A stretch of 27,722 bases of DNA from an uncultured Pseudomonadota bacterium (GTDB taxonomy: Bacteria; SAR324; NAC60-12), in NCBI GenBank assembly GCA_913020725.1, contig CAJWCD010000035.1, positions 1 to 27,722 of the forward strand. Reading direction: 5' to 3'. The position numbers were made by a program, and so were the translations under genes. The notes under the pieces are model-generated. The model saw only the letters and a program-made list of their open reading frames with translations, was not told where the DNA came from and searched no databases. This document shows positions 1 through 6,489 of this stretch, in pieces (within the stretch, counting starts at the first letter, position 1; the number at the start of each line of letters is the position of its first letter).

Positions 1-2
1 AA

Positions 3-47
3 ACCGACTACAAGGTCTTCGTCTTTGGACTCGGAGCTAGGTTTTAA
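3..47 (+). CDS. 3' end of an upstream gene (partial), probable outer-membrane beta-barrel protein
   Basis: Frame 3 reads TDYKVFVFGLGARF-TAA. Alternating hydrophobic residues ending in Phe match a BAM beta-signal. Confidence 0.55.
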   Translation, partial: TDYKVFVFGLGARF

Positions 48-100
48 GTTTGAGAGTGAATCGTATAAACAATGGTGATCCTATTGAAGAGACTAGGAAA

Positions 101-988
101 ATGGCAACGAAGCTGAAATACCTGCTTATCCCTCTACTGCTGATTCAGGGCAGTTACTCCGTTCAAGCACAAGGGTTCTTTCAAGATTTGTTCGCGGTCG
201 AAGGCATCCAGTTCCGGTATGGTGGGATTGGCGGGACACAAGATATCATAATAGACAATGCCTCTTTGACATCAGAATCGAAAGCGGCAGATGGATACAG
301 AACAATAAGCTCAGTCAATGCCGGGCTTTATCTGCCTCTTGTAGGAGCTACCCAAACTGTGAGGTTGCCCTATACCTTCGTCTTCAAGGAAAAACTGATG
401 AACTCCTGGTCCTTCAGGGGGCCGTACTTCGATTTTGCTTCCGGATCCATTTTGGACATTCCTGTCAAGGATACCTCCGCAACCGATCCAAGGAGCCTAA
501 CTGAGGAAATTGATAATGCAACCAAAAATCAGGTAACTACCATCAAGTGGTTTGACAGAAGTGCGGACCTTCACCGCACCGTCCTCATGGTTGGTTACCG
601 ATGGGGGGTTTTCTACCCTAGCAGCCAACTCAACCGCTGGATGAAATTAGGCGTTGGCTTTGGGGTGGGATGGGGAGATTTCCGTGTGGAATTGAATGAC
701 TGCAAGCACGATGATGGATATGTGGTGTCCATTGGAAAGAAGATTCATACAGGCAAGTGCAAATACAAGGAATTGAGCGAAACTGTCTCCGGGAATGGTT
801 TAACATCTTCCAGCAATCTTTTATTCGTTATCTATGAAAGAGTCACTCCGGATTACAAGTTGGCATTTTTTTCTTATGATCAGATCGGTGTTAATATAAG
901 TGGATTGAAGTTGAAAAATGGCAATGAGCTGAAGATCAGTTCAGCTATTGAGAACCTTGATGTTCTTTCTTACACCTATCTATTTTAA
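101..988 (+). CDS. Hypothetical exported protein, probable outer-membrane beta-barrel
   Basis: ATG at 101 is preceded by AGGAAA. Signal peptide MATKLKYLLIPLLLIQGSYSVQA, beta-strand-like segments (MKLGVGFGVGWG) and C-terminal YTYLF. AT-richer than the rest of the window. Confidence 0.7.
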   Translation: MATKLKYLLIPLLLIQGSYSVQAQGFFQDLFAVEGIQFRYGGIGGTQDIIIDNASLTSESKAADGYRTISSVNAGLYLPLVGATQTVRLPYTFVFKEKLMNSWSFRGPYFDFASGSILDIPVKDTSATDPRSLTEEIDNATKNQVTTIKWFDRSADLHRTVLMVGYRWGVFYPSSQLNRWMKLGVGFGVGWGDFRVELNDCKHDDGYVVSIGKKIHTGKCKYKELSETVSGNGLTSSSNLLFVIYERVTPDYKLAFFSYDQIGVNISGLKLKNGNELKISSAIENLDVLSYTYLF

Positions 989-1097
989 CGTATATGGTTC
1001 CTTCCATGGTCAAGAGTATTTTTTAGTCTCAAGCGAGATTTTCACGAATCTCACGTCGGCTTTTTGTTTCAACCGAGAGCCAGAACAATCATCGGGG

Positions 1098-1520
1098 CTA
1101 CTTCTGCCTGAGCGCTCCGCCAAAATGGTAGTGTTGAGCAAACTGGTGAATCATGCTGCGGGCTTCCTCCCGGTGCCAATGGTAGTTTTGCAGGCCGGAA
1201 CGCACACGCTCCACTTGGTCGCTGAAAATCTGCCAAGGGATGTTGGTGGGCGCTTCCGGAAGGTCACGCAGGACTAGCAGACGAATTCGGTGCGTTCCCC
1301 AAGAAACATCGAAGACTCCGGCATGTTTTCGCTCTCCGGTCACTTGTTGGAGCAACTTCCGGGGATGGTGCGTGCTGACCACATAGAACCGAAAAGCCGA
1401 TTCAGGAGTCGCCGTTCCTTGGTCCGACAACTTTTTGCGGTAGATGACGTAGTGGCTGATCAACTCATCCAAGGCCCAAGCGTCTAGGATTTCAGCAGAG
1501 GACTTGTAGGTGATCAAACG
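1098..1520 (-). pseudogene. Probable truncated fragment of an uncharacterised protein family
   Basis: Protein-like segment LITYKSSAEILDAWALDELISHYVIYRKK...FRFYVVSTHHPRKL. No convincing start; the ORF-track TTG at 1607 overlaps the neighbour's stop. Family resemblance is from memory only. Confidence 0.4.
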
Positions 1521-1603
1521 GAGACGGCACTTGCCCCAGCTTAGAACGACTCGCTGCAAAGGACAAGCAGTGAGAACCTCCAAGGAATCCGCAAATCCAC
1601 CGT

Positions 1604-2794
1604 TCAAGACGCAGGCACGGATTGGGCAAGCTGCTGGATTGCTGCGGTCACGCCCCCCCGACCATGTGGGATGTCAAGCGCGACGAGAGCCATTTCGATC
1701 ACGGAGAGCGAGCCGAGCAGCATCGGCGCGTTGATGTGCCCCATGTGGGCGATCCGGAAGGCGGTGTCGTCCAGTCCGCCGATGCCGATGCCCAGCACCA
1801 CGCCGCAACGCTGCTGGCAGTATTCCAGCAATTTCGAGGGTTGGTGACCTCCACGGAGCAGCACCACGGTCACACTGTTGGCGCGTTGTTGGGGGTCGAG
1901 GATGTTACACTCAATGACTCCCCCCTCTGACCAAGCCTCCACCGCGCTACGGGCTGCATCCGCCAGCAGTTGATGCCGCCGAATCACATTCTCCAATCCC
2001 TCATCCAGTATCAGGTCCAATGCCGCCCGCAGTCCAAAAAGCTGGTGAACCGGCGGGGTGCCGCAGTACTTTTCATAGTGCAATTCCCCCTGCCGAGCTG
2101 TCCAATCCCAATAACGGGTGCGCAGATTCGCGCTTTGATGCGCCTGCTCCGCTTTTTTGCTGCTGGCGACGAAGCTGAGTCCCGGAGGCATCATCAGTCC
2201 TTTTTGAGAGCCGGTGACCGCAACATCCACACCCCACGCATCAAGCTTGAAGGGCATGGTGCCCAGCGAGGCAATGGTGTCCACTAACAGCAGGGCTTCG
2301 TGTCCGGCGGCATCCATTGCCGCACGAAGCGCCGGGATGTCATTGACCACCCCAGAGGCAGTGTCCACTTGAACCACGAGGATCGCCTTGATCTCTCCGG
2401 AGGTGTCCTGTCGCAAGCGGGCTTCCACTGCTGCGGGGTCAACGGCTCTGCGCCAGTCCCACGGCAGTGCTTCTGTTTCCGCCCCCAATTCCCGCGCCGT
2501 CTCGCCCCATCCAGTGGCAAAGCGTCCACTGGGCAGAACCAGCACCTTGTCCCCTCGGGACAGCACATTGGTGAGTGCCGCTTCCCAAGCACCATGCCCG
2601 TTGGAGATGTAAATGTAGGTCCGTTCTTTTGTGCCAAACACCTTTTTCAGATCAGCAAGACAGGAGTCGGTGATCTTTGGAAGCACACCGGTGTAGATGT
2701 CAGTCGCCGGGCGGTGCATGGCGCGCAGCACCTCGTCCGGAACAGTGGTGGGGCCGGGAATGCTGAGGAATTCACGTCCATGTTTTACGCTCAT
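1604..2794 (-). CDS. Class V PLP-dependent aminotransferase (serine/alanine-glyoxylate aminotransferase family)
   Basis: N-terminal FLSIPGPT, VDTIASLG and the PLP-lysine motif TGSQKGLMMPPGL, C-terminal FRIAHMG. Start placed at ATG 2794 (MSVKHGREF). Confidence 0.92.
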   Translation of the reverse strand: MSVKHGREFLSIPGPTTVPDEVLRAMHRPATDIYTGVLPKITDSCLADLKKVFGTKERTYIYISNGHGAWEAALTNVLSRGDKVLVLPSGRFATGWGETARELGAETEALPWDWRRAVDPAAVEARLRQDTSGEIKAILVVQVDTASGVVNDIPALRAAMDAAGHEALLLVDTIASLGTMPFKLDAWGVDVAVTGSQKGLMMPPGLSFVASSKKAEQAHQSANLRTRYWDWTARQGELHYEKYCGTPPVHQLFGLRAALDLILDEGLENVIRRHQLLADAARSAVEAWSEGGVIECNILDPQQRANSVTVVLLRGGHQPSKLLEYCQQRCGVVLGIGIGGLDDTAFRIAHMGHINAPMLLGSLSVIEMALVALDIPHGRGGVTAAIQQLAQSVPAS

Positions 2795-2852
2795 CGTTGA
2801 GTTTTCCCTAAATGGGTTTTGGCGAAACAAAAGCTCGTTGCGAGCTGAATTC

Positions 2853-2881
2853 ATTGTGCCGCATCTTCCAAGACGGGTCAA
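2853..2881 (-). promoter_or_regulatory. Putative sigma70 promoter of the aminotransferase
   Basis: Minus strand reads TTGACC-N17-CACAAT, about 60 nt upstream of ATG 2794. Confidence 0.4.
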
Positions 2882-3015
2882 GACTGACGTGGGGGCACCA
2901 ACCCACCAAAACGGCAGTGGAAACTCTGACACCTGCCATTTTCTTGCCCAGTGCTAGATGCGCCCATATTTGCATGGCTTCTCCGGGCTTTGCTTCAACC
3001 GACATGCACGACGGA

Positions 3016-3597
3016 ATGAGACGGTTTTTTTTCACAGGACTGGCGTTTTTGCTGAGCTTCCTTGTCAGCGGGGAAGGCGTGGCGGCAGGAATTGACTGGC
3101 GGCTGCGGGTGCTGACTCCCACTCAGGAAAGCGGGAGCCTCACGGACAACGGCACGAAGTCCACGTCCCCACCCACCACCAGCGGTCTAGGATTCCACAT
3201 CGTGATGTCCAACGGCTTCGGCTTTGGCACCACCAGAGTGCGCAGCAAGGGCACGATCAGCGCGAACTCTGTTTCGTCAACCTCGGACAACGTGGACCTC
3301 TCCTACACTTTTGGCGAACGCTGGTCCGTGACGTTGGGCGTGGGGTGGGGACTGACTGGCAAGGCCACGCTGATAGAAAGCGGCACTCGCTATGACACCG
3401 AAAACCTGCGGGGCGGCTCCGGATTCGCACTCTTTGGAATGCCGTTTTTGGGCGGAGAAGCGCTGCTGGGCTTCCGTCAGACCAGCATCAGCTACCTAGA
3501 CCTCAAGTGCGACAGCGGCAGTTCCACCACCACTCGAGCCAATCCTCTCAAAACCGACATCCAGCAGGTGCTGCTGGGCTTTGGGTTTCTGTTCTGA
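3016..3597 (+). CDS. Hypothetical small outer-membrane beta-barrel protein
   Basis: Signal peptide MRRFFFTGLAFLLSFLVSGEGVAA, Gly/aromatic alternating strands (DLSYTFG, WSVTLGVGWG) and C-terminal LGFGFLF. ATG 3004 is an alternative start. Confidence 0.7.
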   Translation: MRRFFFTGLAFLLSFLVSGEGVAAGIDWRLRVLTPTQESGSLTDNGTKSTSPPTTSGLGFHIVMSNGFGFGTTRVRSKGTISANSVSSTSDNVDLSYTFGERWSVTLGVGWGLTGKATLIESGTRYDTENLRGGSGFALFGMPFLGGEALLGFRQTSISYLDLKCDSGSSTTTRANPLKTDIQQVLLGFGFLF

Positions 3598-4139
3598 GCT
3601 TCACTCCTACCGAAATCCTGCGCACCAAACGCACTCGGCTACGGACGTGGACGCATGAGGACCTGCCGAAACTAGCGCGACTCGCAAGAAATCCGAACGT
3701 GATGCGTTTCATCGCGGATGGGCTACTCTGGTCAGATGAGCAGATGCTCGGTTTCATCACCCGGATGCAGAAAATCTTTGCCGAACGTGGGCATTGCCTC
3801 TGGGCGTTGGAACATCATCCGGACGGGGAGTTTCTGGGACTCTGTGGAATTGGCTGGTGGGAGGTTCCAGAATTCCCGGAGATTGGCTGGTGGCTGGACG
3901 AACCGTGGTGGGGGCAGGGGTTGGCCACCGAGGTGGCGAAGGCAGTACGGGACTACGGCTTCAGCGAACTGCGGCTTCCAGAGTTGAAATCCGTCGCCCA
4001 TGCCGAACACCACAAATCCCATGCCGTCATGCAGCGCATCGGCATGAGCCTAGAGCGACAGGTGAAACTTGGAGAATTGGGCAAGGATCCCAAAGATTTG
4101 CCAGTGGTGATCTACCAACTTGCATCTCCGGGGCATTGA
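3594..4139 (+). CDS. GNAT N-acetyltransferase, RimJ/RimL family (start uncertain)
   Basis: ILRTKRTRLRTW N-terminus, EIGWWLDEPWWGQGLATE acetyl-CoA motif and SHAVMQRIGM. The ORF-track start is GTG 3507. Confidence 0.88.
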   Translation: MSFTPTEILRTKRTRLRTWTHEDLPKLARLARNPNVMRFIADGLLWSDEQMLGFITRMQKIFAERGHCLWALEHHPDGEFLGLCGIGWWEVPEFPEIGWWLDEPWWGQGLATEVAKAVRDYGFSELRLPELKSVAHAEHHKSHAVMQRIGMSLERQVKLGELGKDPKDLPVVIYQLASPGH

Positions 4140-4140
4140 A

Positions 4141-4851
4141 CTACGCCGGGGCGGGCCTTGCGCCAAAGACCGCGCTGCCGATGCGCACCATCGTTGCGCC
4201 CTCCAGAATCGCCCACTCGAAATCTGCCGTCATGCCCATCGAAAGCTCGGTGCAGGCCGGAGCATCAAATTCCTGCTGAAGTTGATCCCGCCAATTCCGC
4301 AGCTTGGCGAAGAGGCGGCGCGTTTCCGTTTCTCCCAACCCCGGAGCGGGAATCGTCATCAGTCCGCGAAACTTCAGCCATTGGCAACCCAAAAGTTGCT
4401 CGGCAAGACGCTGGATTTCAGACCAGTCGTGCAGGCCGGACTTGCTGTCCTCCTGCGAAAGCTTGACCTGAAGCAGCACCTGTAGAGGCCACTCCGTCTC
4501 CGCACAACGGGATTCAAGCTGCGTCACAAGCTCGGCAGAATCCACCGAGTGCAGCCAGTGGAAGCGTCCGGGACAAAACTTCGCCTTGTTCTTCTGCAAA
4601 TGTCCGACAAGATGCCATTCAAGGTTGGGAAGATCAGCAAGCTCCTCCATTTTTTCCAGAGCTTCCTGCACACGGTTCTCCCCGAAAACGAGCTGTCCTA
4701 CCGCAACCGCGTCCCGGAGCAGTTCTGGCGGCTTGGTTTTGGAGATGGCAATGAGCCGCACGGCAGTGTCGTCACGTCCGGATTGACGTGTGGCAATGGC
4801 GATGCGGTTCTGAACGGAAGCGAGGGCTTCGGCAACAGACGATGTGGGCAT
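4141..4851 (-). CDS. yggS: PLP homeostasis protein, YggS/PLPBP family
   Basis: LIAISKTKP, FGENRVQE, WHLVGHLQKNK, GLMTIP, ELSMGMTADFEWAILEGATMVRIGSAVFG. Start placed at ATG 4851. Confidence 0.96.
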   Translation of the reverse strand: MPTSSVAEALASVQNRIAIATRQSGRDDTAVRLIAISKTKPPELLRDAVAVGQLVFGENRVQEALEKMEELADLPNLEWHLVGHLQKNKAKFCPGRFHWLHSVDSAELVTQLESRCAETEWPLQVLLQVKLSQEDSKSGLHDWSEIQRLAEQLLGCQWLKFRGLMTIPAPGLGETETRRLFAKLRNWRDQLQQEFDAPACTELSMGMTADFEWAILEGATMVRIGSAVFGARPAPA

Positions 4852-5662
4852 GACAAAAAACTGGCTGACTGACAAAATGGTGACGCTGTTTCGGATTCCC
4901 GGAATCCGTGAATTGTGGGCTAAATCTTACCAAGGGGTGACCAGCGAGGACATTCCGTGGACTCCGTTGAACAAACCCCTCGCTCAGTGCAGAGTTGGGT
5001 TGGTGACGACGGGCGGGCTCCACCTTCGCCGTGATCTGCCGTTCGACATGAACGATCCTGACGGTGATCCGACTTTCCGGAAAGTTCCGTGTGATGCGGA
5101 AGCTTCCGAACTGGTCATCACGCACGACTACTACGACCACCGCGACGCCGACCACGACCTCAATCTCATCTGGCCTCGGGATGTCCTCCAAGGCTTGGAG
5201 TCCGCAGGGCACATCGGCCCGCTCGTGCCGCAAAGCGTGAGTTTCATGGGACACATTGACGGCCCGCACCTGAACACGCTCATCCAGAAAAGTGCCCGTT
5301 CCGCTACTGAGGAAATCCGCAAGCAGCAAGCAGATGTCGTGCTGCTGGTTCCTGCCTGAGGACTGTGCAACCAGACGGTCGGTCTGGTGCAGCGCGAATT
5401 GGAACGGCAGGGCATAGCAACCGTGGGCCTCTCCCTGCTCCGCAAAATCACGGAGCGCGTCAAGCCCCCGCGCACTTACTGCCTGCGCTACCCCTTTGGC
5501 CACGCGCTTGGGGAAGCCGGAAACCGCGATCAGCAACGGCAAATCGTGCTCGATGCACTCGGCCTGCTCGAAACGGTGACGGTTCCGGGCGCGATTGTCG
5601 AAAGTCCCTACCGCTGGCGGCGCACCCGTTTTGCTCCGGAGGATTCCAGCCGCCGCACCTGA
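4850..5662 (+). CDS. Selenoprotein of the glycine/sarcosine/betaine/D-proline reductase subunit B (GrdB/PrdB-like) family, with Sec at TGA 5357-5359
   Basis: ORFs 4844-5359 and 5387-5662 are in one frame, separated only by TGA. Read-through gives DVVLLVPA-U-GLCNQTVGLVQRELERQGIATV (UxxC). Family motifs: PWTPLNKPLAQCRVGLVTTGG, GDPTFR, THDYYDH and KPPRT..LRYPFGHALG. About 270 aa from ATG 4850. Confidence 0.9.
5357..5391 (+). promoter_or_regulatory. Putative bacterial SECIS element
   Basis: ACCAGAC (5370-5376) pairs perfectly with GTCTGGT (5382-5388). The loop GGTCG starts with G and lies 17 nt after the UGA. The stem is extended by TGC (5366-5368)/GCA (5389-5391) with a bulged A. Confidence 0.8.
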
Positions 5663-5666
5663 ACCT

Positions 5667-6293
5667 TCACTGCTTTTGGAGTTTCGCTTGCCAAAGTCCC
5701 ACGCCTTTTTTTTTGGCCGTTTTTTCGGCAGCGAGAAATTTCCCGTGTTCCGGCGGCGGTTTCTCCGGCAAGAGGTAGAACGACATCCCGTTGCGGATCA
5801 ACCAGAGGTTGATGCTCGTGTCTGCCGCAAGCACGGTTCCGTTGAGCCGATAAAGCTGATCGGAGTACTCGTAATCCACGCGCACCCGGCGGTTGTAGAA
5901 GGTCTTGGTGAGGGAGTCCCTGACCCACTTCAGGAAACGCCGATTGAACTCCTTGCCGTGGCTCACCGAGAGTTGGGGCGAGACATAATCCAGATAGACC
6001 CGCACCTCCTGTCGCGGCAGGCTCAAGCTGCCCTTGGTGAGCTTGTAGGTCCATTTGCGGAACTCGTGCCGATTGTCGATGCGCACCCAAATGCTCTCGG
6101 TGTCCGTGACCCGGCTGAAGACGCCCTCGAAACTCGGAAGTTCGATGGGGTCCTGTTTCTCGTTGCGGTCGCGTTGCCCGATGCGGTCGAACAGCTTTTG
6201 CCGGACCGATTCGGTCTTGAGCAGGGATTGTGCTGGAATCGCTGAGGGCAGTAAGAACGCCAAGGCGACAAACGGAATCAATAGACGAATCAT
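5667..6293 (-). CDS. Exported thermonuclease (SNase)-like protein, active site looks degenerate
   Basis: GGAGG SD before ATG 6293 and a signal peptide. C-terminal SINLWLIRNGMS...FLAAEKTAKKKGVGLW is typical of SNase domains. Confidence 0.75.
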   Translation of the reverse strand: MIRLLIPFVALAFLLPSAIPAQSLLKTESVRQKLFDRIGQRDRNEKQDPIELPSFEGVFSRVTDTESIWVRIDNRHEFRKWTYKLTKGSLSLPRQEVRVYLDYVSPQLSVSHGKEFNRRFLKWVRDSLTKTFYNRRVRVDYEYSDQLYRLNGTVLAADTSINLWLIRNGMSFYLLPEKPPPEHGKFLAAEKTAKKKGVGLWQAKLQKQ

Positions 6294-6489
6294 GGAGCCT
6301 CCAAACAAACCAAGGGTGGTTGAGTTGCTTCAAGTTATCACACCCTTGCAGGAAAATCCATGCTGATGCGTCAACGAGCATTTCCCAAACGGATTGCAAC
6401 TGTTCCCACTCCCGTTAACATGAAACCTTCTGCACCGAACCATCCCTGTGTCGTCTCGCCTGTCTGCCCACTTCTGAACTCATTGGTTT

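Noticed and set aside
2795..3015. Possible glycine riboswitch upstream of the aminotransferase
   Set aside because: Hairpins exist (e.g. around 2908-2942), but the conserved GCCGAAG and CTCTCAGG elements are absent.
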